Part shown: positions 1 through 9,404 of the stretch, in pieces
Layout: every line of letters begins with the position of its first letter
How positions within the stretch are numbered: the stretch's first letter is position 1
From: an uncultured Chloroflexia bacterium
GTDB taxonomy: Bacteria; Chloroflexota; Limnocylindria; Limnocylindrales; CSP1-4
Direction of reading: 5' to 3'
Assembly (NCBI GenBank): GCA_963713975.1
Contig: OY970218.1
Location: 2,976,001-3,040,000, forward strand
Length of the DNA stretch: 64,000 bases
Notes under the pieces: model-generated
What the model was told of the DNA's origin: nothing
The model's database searches: none
Seen by the model: only the letters and a program-made list of their open reading frames with translations
Made by a program: the position numbers and the translations under genes

Positions 1-1149
<1,149 letters not shown>

Positions 1150-1182
1150 GCCTGGGACGACAAGCCCGCTCGCAGACACAGA

Positions 1183-1214
1183 GACGCCCCGGCCGCCTGT
1201 CGGCTCGGGGCGTC
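1183..1214 (-). terminator. GC-rich hairpin between convergent genes; probable terminator
   Basis: GACGCCCCGGCCG-cctgt-CGGCtCGGGGCGTC; followed on the minus strand by TCTGTGTCT. Confidence 0.55.
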
Positions 1215-1239
1215 ACGTTCGTAACGAGGGTTCGGGACG

Positions 1240-1446
1240 CTAGAAGCGGCGGCGACCCGGGGTGATGGCGGCGCCGACAACAGCGGCCTTGGCGACCGGT
1301 GAGCGGCCGGGCGTGACCGCGGCGCCGACGACAGCGGCCTTGGCGACCGGCGACGGGCCGGGCATGATGGCGGCGGTGACGACCGCAGCCTTCGCAACGG
1401 GGGCGCCGATGACTCCGACGCCTCTACGACCGGGACCGAGCGGCAT
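1240..1446 (-). CDS. Small 68-aa protein with three 17-aa repeats ([15 protein letters not shown])
   Basis: Strong SD (AAGGAGG) overlapping the DUF6325 stop; repeats diverge mainly at synonymous positions. Confidence 0.8.
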   Translation of the reverse strand: MPLGPGRRGVGVIGAPVAKAAVVTAAIMPGPSPVAKAAVVGAAVTPGRSPVAKAAVVGAAITPGRRRF

Positions 1447-1456
1447 GTCTGCCTCC

Positions 1457-1906
1457 TTATGCTTCGAGGGCCGCGTCGGCTTCGACGGCGGCGGCGATGG
1501 CCTGGATCGGGATCCGGCCGTTGGCGATCAGCTGCCCGCCGGCCCGGCGCATGGCGGATGCGAACGGGGCGGCCCACAGGTTCTCGAAGATGATCACGCC
1601 GGCGACGGTGCCGGGATCCATGGCGGCCGCCAGGTGGACGACATCGTCCTCGGCGAGCGTCTCTGCGAGCTGGGCCTCGATCCTCTGGAGCTCGCCGAGC
1701 TCATCGAGATCGGACAGCTCCATCGCCTCGACCGAGCCGTCGGCGTCCTTTGCGAGGATGAGCACGTCCATTACGCGGATGATCCCGGCGTCGTGCAGCC
1801 GGACCAGCTCGTCGGCGCCCTCGCCCGTGAAGTTCTGGTGCCCTGCCGGGAACTCCACGATGAGGTAGTCGACGGGCCCCAGCTCGTCGAGCGTTCGTTC
1901 AGTCAT
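1457..1906 (-). CDS. DUF6325 family protein
   Basis: LGPVDYLIVEFP, IRVMD, ENLWAAPFASAMRRAGGQLIANGRIP motifs. Confidence 0.85.
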   Translation of the reverse strand: MTERTLDELGPVDYLIVEFPAGHQNFTGEGADELVRLHDAGIIRVMDVLILAKDADGSVEAMELSDLDELGELQRIEAQLAETLAEDDVVHLAAAMDPGTVAGVIIFENLWAAPFASAMRRAGGQLIANGRIPIQAIAAAVEADAALEA

Positions 1907-2010
1907 GACTCTCCGTTCTTCTGGTGTGGCGGACCCGGCAATTCTACCGTGAGGACCTTGCTGATCCCGTCGGCCGGGTCCGGTCTCGCCCGGGTACCGA
2001 GCGGCGAACC

Positions 2011-3501
2011 TCAGGCGGCCGGGACCGTGACCGTCCCTGCCTTGATCGCGGCGACGTAGGCCGCATAGTCACGCTCGTTGAGATCCGCGTAAGTCTCGGC
2101 GAAGTCCGCGATGGCTCCGTCGAACGTGTCGGCCGTGCCCAGGTAGGCGGAGATCGCGGCCGCGTCACCGGTCCGGGCGTGGGCGCGAGCCAGGGCCCAG
2201 CCACAGAGCCCTGAGTAGAAGTTGAGGCCCGGGACCTGGAGCGTGGTTGTGTCCACCGAGCCCTTCATGTCCCACAGCTGGCGCATGTAGAAGGCGCGTC
2301 CGCCGGGACCTCGGGTCCAGCCGAGGAAGATGTCCGAGGTGGCCTGCATCAGCTGCTGGCCGACGACGACGCGTTGGCCATGGCTATCGTGCTCGCTCGG
2401 CTCGAGATACGGCTCCATCACCGAGGCCGTGGCCTCCTTGGCCTGGAGGAGGAGGGGATCGTTCTCGTCCCGTCCTTCCAGCAGGATGACGAAGCAGCGC
2501 GTACCCACGCTCCCGACACCGACGACCTTGAGCGCAAAGTCCACGAAGCGGTAGCGCTCGAGGAACGCTCGCCGGTTCTCCGGCATCGTGGACCGGTAGT
2601 CCGTGAACACCTTCTCCAGGGCGGCCGGACCACCCTCCGTATCGACGTGGACGATCACCGGCGGATCCTCGAGGATGATCCGTCGGCCACCGACGACCCC
2701 GGTCAGCTTCTCGAAGGCACGCATGCCGTCGCGCTGGCGCGCTTTGGAGAAGATCGCCTCGAACCTCGCGCGGCGCCCTGCGGCATCGCGTCCCTGGAGC
2801 ATGCCCGTGGCCGCGGCAGCGTCGCGGATGTCGGCGTCCGTGATCGAGGCGTACCAGACATCGAGCAGGCGCATACCGGCATAGCGATCCATCCACTGGC
2901 GGTACCCGCGGACCCCGCTCATCGCTGCCTCGCGGATCCGGGCCGCGCTGAAGCCGTTCGCCCGGCCGGCGATCACGATGCTGGCGGCGAGACGCTTGAC
3001 GTCCCATTCCCAAGGACCCGGGAGCGTCTCGTCGAAATCGTTGGAATCGAACACCAGGGCGCGCTCGGGCGAGGCGAACAGCCCGAAGTTGGACAGGTGG
3101 GCATCGCCGCTGGCCTGGACGAGGATATCGGTACGCGGCGTGGGGGCCAGGTCGAAGGCCATGACCGCCGGCGTGCCCCGGTAGTAGGCGAACGCCGATT
3201 CAGCCATGCGCTCATGGCGCAGCGGGACGAGATCCGCCAGCCGGTCCTCCTCCTGTGCCGCCAGGATGGCGATCGGATCACGGCCCGGTGCCGGCTCGAA
3301 CGCGGCGTGGCTCACCCTGGGGACGACCTTGCGGACAGCCTTGCCCTTCTCGGCCCGGGTCGCCGGATCCACCCACGGCCGAGCCGTCCACTGGGGACCG
3401 GCCGGCGCATCGGGAGCCCAGACGGCATCGTATTGGGCCGCCAGCTTCTCGTCCGGCACCTTCTTGCGGGCTGGACGCAGGGTGGGCGCTTCGTCGGTCA
3501 T
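2011..3501 (-). CDS. DUF2252 domain protein (kinase-like fold)
   Basis: RMAESAFAYYRG, GDAHLSNFG, NDFDE, KVVGVGSVGTRC, RQLWDMKGS, GWALARAHARTGD. Confidence 0.9.
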   Translation of the reverse strand: MTDEAPTLRPARKKVPDEKLAAQYDAVWAPDAPAGPQWTARPWVDPATRAEKGKAVRKVVPRVSHAAFEPAPGRDPIAILAAQEEDRLADLVPLRHERMAESAFAYYRGTPAVMAFDLAPTPRTDILVQASGDAHLSNFGLFASPERALVFDSNDFDETLPGPWEWDVKRLAASIVIAGRANGFSAARIREAAMSGVRGYRQWMDRYAGMRLLDVWYASITDADIRDAAAATGMLQGRDAAGRRARFEAIFSKARQRDGMRAFEKLTGVVGGRRIILEDPPVIVHVDTEGGPAALEKVFTDYRSTMPENRRAFLERYRFVDFALKVVGVGSVGTRCFVILLEGRDENDPLLLQAKEATASVMEPYLEPSEHDSHGQRVVVGQQLMQATSDIFLGWTRGPGGRAFYMRQLWDMKGSVDTTTLQVPGLNFYSGLCGWALARAHARTGDAAAISAYLGTADTFDGAIADFAETYADLNERDYAAYVAAIKAGTVTVPAA

Positions 3502-3719
3502 GGCTGTGGTCCCTCTTCACCAGGTTGGCCGCGTCGGCGGTCGCTGAACATGGGAACTGCGATGGCGGATCGACCGGGTCGAAACCGCATCCGGGCCCAG
3601 CCGGCGACCGTGTCCCACGAAGCGTGGAGCCTGCGGAATGCTACGACCATTCGGACGATGCCGCAGCGTCTGGAATGGTCGACGCCGACCGGCCGCCGTC
3701 AGAGAGGCTGCCAGGGCCG

Positions 3720-4910
3720 TCAGAAGGTGGTCGGTTCTCCCTCGTCCACTCGGATCGGAGCCGATGGTGTCCGGTTCCGGAGCAGCGCGGCGACGCCGCG
3801 CGACTCGGGGAACGCCTCCATGATCGCCACCAGCCCGACGGTCAGCGGCACCGCGAGCAGCGCGCCGGCAGCACCGAGCATCCAGGCCCAGACGATCACG
3901 GCGATGAATACCACGAGCGGGCTCAGGTTGAGCTCCGAGCCCATCACTACGGGCTGGAGAAAGTGGTCCTGGGCGAAGTTGATGAGCGTGTAGCCGACCA
4001 CCACCGCCGTCGCCGAGACGACACCGCCCTCAAGCACGGCGAGGATCAGGGGCGGGATGAGCGCGATGATGGTGCCCACGTTGGGGATAAAGCTGGCCGC
4101 GAAGACGAGGAACGCCCAGAGGAGCGGCAGCGGCACCCCGACGACCGCGAGCAGGACGAGCACCAGCACGGCCGCGAACACGCCGAGCAGCGCCCGGACG
4201 AGCAGGTAGCGCCGCAGGTCGATCCCGAACTGCTCCACCCCGGCCAGCAGGCCGTGTCGTTCGCCGAATGCAGCCCTCGCCCGATCCTGGAGCGACGACG
4301 CGCCGGCGAGGGCGTAGATCATGGTCAGGGTCAGGACGAAGAGACCGACGCCCGCGCCCGACACGCCGGACGCAACGGGCCTGATGAGTCCGGCGAGGTC
4401 TCCGGGCGAGACGATGGACGTGATGGCAGCGGGGTCCGTGCTGATCCCGAACTGGGCGAGCAGGTCCTGCAGGGACGCGATCTGGTCGTTCAGCCGTGCC
4501 TGGTACTTCGGGAGCTGGATCACGAGCTCACCCACCGACAGGGCGATGAGACCTCCGGCCACGAGCACGACGGCGAGCACCACGAGCATCGCTCCCGCCA
4601 GGGCGAGCGCGTGCCGGACTCCGCGCCGCTTCAACGCACCGACCATGGGCCAGGCGACCAGGGCGAGGAACAGGCCGAACAGCATCGGGACCACCAGCGA
4701 GGCGACCTCGCGCACGGCGAGCATGGCGACCAGGACGAGGACCAGGGCCAGCACAGCCATGAGCGGACCGGGCAACAACGTCCGCGACGGCTCGACCTCG
4801 ACTGCAGCCCCCAACACGGGAACGGGAACGGGCTCGCTCCCACCTGCCTCGTGCCCGTGAACGGCCTCTCCGCCCGACCCGTCTGGGGTCACGGAATTTG
4901 ACATCCCCAT
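3720..4910 (-). CDS. AI-2E family transporter
   Basis: Multiple TM segments; FIPNVG, QPVVMGSELNLSP, GALLAVPLT. Start placed after the SD GAGGG. Confidence 0.9.
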   Translation of the reverse strand: MGMSNSVTPDGSGGEAVHGHEAGGSEPVPVPVLGAAVEVEPSRTLLPGPLMAVLALVLVLVAMLAVREVASLVVPMLFGLFLALVAWPMVGALKRRGVRHALALAGAMLVVLAVVLVAGGLIALSVGELVIQLPKYQARLNDQIASLQDLLAQFGISTDPAAITSIVSPGDLAGLIRPVASGVSGAGVGLFVLTLTMIYALAGASSLQDRARAAFGERHGLLAGVEQFGIDLRRYLLVRALLGVFAAVLVLVLLAVVGVPLPLLWAFLVFAASFIPNVGTIIALIPPLILAVLEGGVVSATAVVVGYTLINFAQDHFLQPVVMGSELNLSPLVVFIAVIVWAWMLGAAGALLAVPLTVGLVAIMEAFPESRGVAALLRNRTPSAPIRVDEGEPTTF

Positions 4911-5011
4911 CGATCCCTCTTGTCCGATCACCTGCCGGTTCGAACCTTACCCGACCGCGGGCAGTGCCCGACACCGCATACCGTAGGGCCACGAATTGCA
5001 GCACGAGGAGA

Positions 5012-5380
5012 ATGGTGGACGGCTCGGCCTCGGTGGTCATCACGGCGGCGCTGATCTTCTACACCATCGGCGTCTGGAGCGAGCGGATCCAGGGCCGGCT
5101 CAAGCCGTGGCACCTTGTGTTCTTCTGGCTCGGGCTCCTGTGCGACACGGTGGGCACCGGGATGATGTTCGACTACGCCGGTGGCCTCACCGCCGACGTG
5201 CACGGGATCTCGGGCCTCCTCGCGATCGTGCTGATGCTGGTGCATGCGACCTGGGCGACGGTGGTGCTCGCGCGCCGGGACGAGGAGTGGATCGTCAAGT
5301 TCCACCGTTTCAGCCTGGTGGTCTGGGCGATCTGGCTGGTGCCGTACTTCAGCCCGATGTTCTTCGCGATGGCCAGCTGA
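5012..5380 (+). CDS. HsmA-like four-TM membrane protein
   Basis: ALIFYTIGVWSE..LKPWHL.FFWLGL.CD..GT, HG..G..AI.LM..HA.WA, FHRFSL.VW.IWL.PY; SD GAGGAG before ATG 5012. Confidence 0.8.
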   Translation: MVDGSASVVITAALIFYTIGVWSERIQGRLKPWHLVFFWLGLLCDTVGTGMMFDYAGGLTADVHGISGLLAIVLMLVHATWATVVLARRDEEWIVKFHRFSLVVWAIWLVPYFSPMFFAMAS

Positions 5381-5501
5381 GGGTCCTACCGGGACACACG
5401 GACCGGTCCGGTCGCCTCTGGCGCGCAGAGCGGGTCGAGGGCACCGTGGTTGCCTTGCCGGGGTCTCCGGCCCCGGCTCCTCGAACCCATGGAGGTGCGC
5501 G

Positions 5502-5999
5502 ATGCGTGCCGTGGTCCAGGTTCCGGTTGTGGCTGACTCGCTGCTGACGCAGGCGATCAACAGCGGGCGGGCCGGGATGCTGGCGGGGCGTGGCGGTCCC
5601 TTCGGTGCCGTCATCGCCGGCCCGGATGGCGCCGTCGTGGCCAAGGGCTGCAACTGCGTGACATCCACCAACGATCCGACGGCGCACGCAGAGGTGGAGG
5701 CGATCAGGGCGGCCTGTCGGGCGCTGGGCACCTTCGTCCTCGACGGCTGCACGCTCTACACGAGCTGTGAGCCGTGTCCGATGTGCCTGGCGGCCGCCTA
5801 CTGGGCGCACGTCAGTGAGATCGTCTACGGCAGCTCGCGTGCGGATGCGGCCGCCGCCGGCTTCGATGATGCGTTTATCTATGACGAGATCGGGCTGGAG
5901 CCGGAAGCACGATCGGTCCCAATGCGGCATGACGCCTCGGGCGCGGCGGCGGCGCTGTTTGACGAATGGTGCCAGCTCGAGGGTAGAACGCCCTACTGA
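5502..5999 (+). CDS. Nucleoside/guanine deaminase (cytidine deaminase fold)
   Basis: GGPFGAVI, DPTAHAEV, SCEPCPMC, GFDDAFIYDE as in GuaD-type enzymes; SD GGAGG at 5491. Confidence 0.88.
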   Translation: MRAVVQVPVVADSLLTQAINSGRAGMLAGRGGPFGAVIAGPDGAVVAKGCNCVTSTNDPTAHAEVEAIRAACRALGTFVLDGCTLYTSCEPCPMCLAAAYWAHVSEIVYGSSRADAAAAGFDDAFIYDEIGLEPEARSVPMRHDASGAAAALFDEWCQLEGRTPY

Positions 6000-6508
6000 G
6001 TCGGCGTTCCGGGCAGCGCTAGCCCATCGAGCTGGGCGGCGATGCTGCGGGCCCATGCCCGGATGATCTCCCAGTCCCTGAAGTCGCCGACCGGGTGCGT
6101 CGCGAGGACCTGCGGGTCGATCGGGGCGTCCGCCAGGAGGCGACCGCCGAATGTCCGATGTCCCCGGACGCCCAACCCTGCGGTGAGCTCGGCGGCCTTC
6201 GGGGTGAGCGGCAGGTCCGCGCGTGCCAGGCGCTCGTCGAGGGGGCCGCTGCTGAACAGCCACAGGGGCCGCGTGCGCAACTCATCCCGGAACCTCGTCA
6301 CGAAGCGGTTGGCGTCGCGCTGCCAGTGGGCGGCATAGATGGCGCTGCCCAGGATCACGACGTTCCAGCCAGCGAGGCCCTTCACGTCGCGGACGGGATG
6401 GGCTGCGGCGTGGTGCCCGGCCTCGCGCAGGGTGGCCGCGATCGCCTCGGCGATCTCGGCGTTGGATCCGAGCTTGGTGGCGTAGGCGACGAGCACGTTG
6501 GCGGCCAT
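5993..6508 (-). CDS. Flavodoxin domain protein (HemG-like family)
   Basis: VLVAYATKLGSNAEIA, VILGSAIY, WLFSSGPL, GDFRDW..I.AWA. Confidence 0.85.
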   Translation of the reverse strand: MAANVLVAYATKLGSNAEIAEAIAATLREAGHHAAAHPVRDVKGLAGWNVVILGSAIYAAHWQRDANRFVTRFRDELRTRPLWLFSSGPLDERLARADLPLTPKAAELTAGLGVRGHRTFGGRLLADAPIDPQVLATHPVGDFRDWEIIRAWARSIAAQLDGLALPGTPTQ

Positions 6509-6632
6509 GGCTCCCCGGAAATGGCACGGCGTGGACGAGAGCCAGATGGTACCTCGCAACCACGCAGTGCTGTCCACGGAGCACTCGGCGGCTTCCTGGC
6601 ACGCCCATCGCGCCGTAGGCCCTGGACACGCG

Positions 6633-6662
6633 CGGACCGGCGGAGGGACGTCCGCCGGTCCG
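6633..6662 (-). terminator. Perfect 12-bp hairpin downstream of the DoxX gene
   Basis: CGGACCGGCGGA-gggacg-TCCGCCGGTCCG. Confidence 0.5.
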
Positions 6663-6696
6663 GGGGTTGCGCGTCCGGGCCGGGCCCGGGAAGCGT

Positions 6697-7248
6697 TCAG
6701 GCGGTAGCGGTCACGGGCTCGCCGGACATCAGGTAGCGCCGGAGGCCGCGCGGGGCGCTGGCCGCGAAGACGCCGTCAAGACCGTAGTAGCGTCCGGCAC
6801 CCAGGCCGACGAGCGCCACACAGATCAGGGCGTAGGCGAGGTGCTGGTTGACGACGCCGTAGGCGAAGTCCCAGGCGGCGAAGAAGAAGAAGGTCATCAT
6901 CAGGGCACCCATGGCCGCCCCGAAGCGGGTGAACATGCCCAGGATCAGGCTGATGCCAATCCCGATCTGCCCGAGCGGGACGAGCACGTTGATGATGCTC
7001 ATGGCTGTGGCGTTGCCGGCGAGGCCGACCCACAGCGCCTGGGTCGGGTTGAACACGGTGCCCTCGACGACCTCTCCGCTGACGAACGGCCAGCCGAGCG
7101 TGCCCGCCGTCGCGAACTTGAGGAACCCGCCCGCGTCGAATGCGGCGGGGGCGAGGAGCTTCTCCAGTCCTGCCCACAAGAAGATGATCCCGACGGTGAT
7201 GCGCAGCAGCGCAACACCCATCTGGTGAACCTTGCCCGTGATCTCCAT
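6697..7248 (-). CDS. DoxX/DoxD family membrane protein
   Basis: LLRITVG.IFLWAGLEK, GISLILG.FTR, VNQH, GAGRYYGLD; SD GGAGG. Confidence 0.85.
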   Translation of the reverse strand: MEITGKVHQMGVALLRITVGIIFLWAGLEKLLAPAAFDAGGFLKFATAGTLGWPFVSGEVVEGTVFNPTQALWVGLAGNATAMSIINVLVPLGQIGIGISLILGMFTRFGAAMGALMMTFFFFAAWDFAYGVVNQHLAYALICVALVGLGAGRYYGLDGVFAASAPRGLRRYLMSGEPVTATA

Positions 7249-7434
7249 GGCACATCCTCCGACCCCTCCGTCCGGTGACCGTCACCGGCGGGCCCTCAAT
7301 GCAGGGTCTGTACTCTGCCTCCGGGTCCGCGTCGATCAATGGTCACGCGGCAGGCCGAACGGCCCGTCCAGCATAGGCCATTGGGAGGACAGCAGCGCAA
7401 CCCCGAGCCGGCCCTGGCAGCGTAGGCTTCGGCT

Positions 7435-8241
7435 GTGGAAGGTCCCGGAGAGCCCGCCGCGATCCCGCCCGTCGCGGGCCAGGTGACGGCCACTGCACGC
7501 CTCCGGTCCTGGCTCGCGGACGCTCCTCAGTACCCGGCGAATGCGGGTGACCTGCAGATCGTCGACCTGCTTGGCCTACGGCTGCCGGTCCGTGCCACGG
7601 TCGCCGTCGTGAGCGTGGCGCTCATCCTGCTGATGGCCTACCACGGGAGGATCGACGGATTCATCGAGCTGGTGGCTGGGCCGTTCGGGGACAGCCCCGC
7701 CGACGCCAAGCGAGTCCAGGCGATCGGCAGGCTCCTGCTGGAGGGGCTCATCCCGCTCGGGATCATCGTCCTCGTGTTCCGGGACAGGCCCCGCCGGTAC
7801 GGCCTGCGGATCGGGGACTGGAGGGCAGGGGTCGCGATCGCCGTGACCGGCTGCGCCGTCATGACCCCCGTCGTCCTGGCGCTGTCCCGGCTCCCGGACT
7901 TCACGCGCTACTACGGCCCCCAGGCGGCCCCCTTCCCGGACGTGCTCCTCACGTCAGCCCTCGAGGTGATCCCCGGGGAGTTCTTCTTCCGCGGGTTCCT
8001 CCTGTTCGCGCTGCTGCGCGTCGCGGGACCGATCGGGGTCGTGATTGCCACGCTGCCCTTCGCCTTCGTCCATCTCGGCAAGCCGGAGTACGAGACCCTC
8101 AGCACCCTCGGCGGCGGGCTGCTGTATGGCTGGCTGGACTGGCGGACCGGATCCGTCCTGTGGAGCGGGCTGGCCCACACCTGGATCCTTGCCCTGGCCG
8201 TGGCGGCCGCCAGCCTCTTCGGCGTCCCGCCGGGCGCTTGA
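7435..8241 (+). CDS. CPBP (Abi/CAAX-like) intramembrane glutamic endopeptidase
   Basis: EFFFRGFLL, FAFVHLGKP, RTGSVLWSGLAH motifs; TAGGCT 6 nt before GTG (leaderless). Confidence 0.85.
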   Translation: MEGPGEPAAIPPVAGQVTATARLRSWLADAPQYPANAGDLQIVDLLGLRLPVRATVAVVSVALILLMAYHGRIDGFIELVAGPFGDSPADAKRVQAIGRLLLEGLIPLGIIVLVFRDRPRRYGLRIGDWRAGVAIAVTGCAVMTPVVLALSRLPDFTRYYGPQAAPFPDVLLTSALEVIPGEFFFRGFLLFALLRVAGPIGVVIATLPFAFVHLGKPEYETLSTLGGGLLYGWLDWRTGSVLWSGLAHTWILALAVAAASLFGVPPGA

Positions 8242-8278
8242 ACCGCACGCGCCGCCCGCGGCCGCGTATCCTCGGAGC

Positions 8279-9268
8279 ATGCCGCACGATGACGCTCCCG
8301 CCGACATCGCCGCCCTCGCCGAGGCCCGGGCCGATGCCCGAAGGACCCGCGATTGGGCGACGGCGGATGAGCTGCGCGGCCGGATCGAGGCCGCGGGCTG
8401 GAGGGTCGTCGACAGCGGGACGATGTACGACCTGGAACGGGCCACCCCGGCCGACACCATCGACGATGGCGTCATCCGTCATGGGTCGAGCGCGTCGGTC
8501 CCCTCGAGGCTGGACGAGCCGCCTATGGGCGTCGCGTCCATCGTGATCATCGCGACCGCCTGGCCCGATGATGTCGCCCGGACGGTGCGTGCACTCGCCA
8601 CTCATTCGCCGGCCGGCACGCAGCTCGTGGTCGTGGCGAACGCCCCGTCACCCGACCAGGAGGCGGCGCTCGCCGACCTCGACGCCGACGCCGGGCCAGA
8701 GATCGCGGTCGAGGTGGTCAGGCTTGCCGGGCCGCTGGGCTGGGCATCGGCGCTCAACGCGGGCATCCGGAGGGCCTCGGCGCCCCTCGTCATCCTGCTC
8801 GACACCAGCGTGGAGCCCGAGGGCGACCTCGTCACGGCGCTGGCCGAGGCGCTGGGCGACCCCAGTGTCGCCGTCGCCGGTCCGTTCGGCCTCGTCTCGC
8901 GGGACATGCGCCATTTCGAGAACGCCCCGGACGGTGTGGGAGAAGTGGACGCCATCGGCGGCTACGCCCAGGCCTTCCGCCGCTCCGACTATGCCGACCG
9001 CGGGCCATTGGACGAGCACTTCGTGTTCTTCCGGAACCTCGACGTCTGGTGGAGCCTGGTGCTTCGGGACCCGGATGAGGTCGCGGGCACAGATGCGCCA
9101 CCGAGACGAGCCGCGTGCGTCGCGGGGGTCCCCGTGGTGCGCCACGAGCACCGCGGCTGGACCAGCCTGCCGGACGACGAACGCGACCGGCAGTCGCGCA
9201 AGAACTTCTACCGGGTCCTGAAGCGGTTCGCGACTCGTCGTGACCTCCTCGTCACGGGGGCGAAGTAG
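8279..9268 (+). CDS. GT2-like glycosyltransferase with N-terminal CysRS-C-terminal-like domain
   Basis: N-terminus ARADARRTRDWATADELRGRIEAAGWRVVD; GT-A motifs VVVAN, LNAGI, LLDTS, PLDEHF, DVWWS; TATCCT 6 nt before ATG. Confidence 0.75.
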   Translation: MPHDDAPADIAALAEARADARRTRDWATADELRGRIEAAGWRVVDSGTMYDLERATPADTIDDGVIRHGSSASVPSRLDEPPMGVASIVIIATAWPDDVARTVRALATHSPAGTQLVVVANAPSPDQEAALADLDADAGPEIAVEVVRLAGPLGWASALNAGIRRASAPLVILLDTSVEPEGDLVTALAEALGDPSVAVAGPFGLVSRDMRHFENAPDGVGEVDAIGGYAQAFRRSDYADRGPLDEHFVFFRNLDVWWSLVLRDPDEVAGTDAPPRRAACVAGVPVVRHEHRGWTSLPDDERDRQSRKNFYRVLKRFATRRDLLVTGAK

Positions 9269-9335
9269 GGGACCGGACGCACTCGCAACCGGGGCCCCGG
9301 AGGGGATTCCGGGGCACCGACCGTATACTCGCGCC

Positions 9336-9404
9336 GTGCGTGATCGGGCCCGTGTCGAGGCTGCCCCCGCCGGCGTCGCCGGCTGTCGCGGGCTGCCGGA
9401 GTGA
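9336..9404 (+). CDS. Putative leaderless 22-codon upstream ORF
   Basis: TATACT (9324-9329), 6 nt, then GTG. Reads VRDRARVEAAPAGVAGCRGLPE; its stop overlaps the GTG of the next gene (GTGA). Confidence 0.3.
   Translation: MRDRARVEAAPAGVAGCRGLPE

Noticed and set aside
5381-5500. Canonical purine riboswitch
   Set aside because: Only a CTACCGGG fragment resembles it; the conserved TATAA, TATGG loop and CCGTAAA elements are absent. Kept only as an unknown structured leader.
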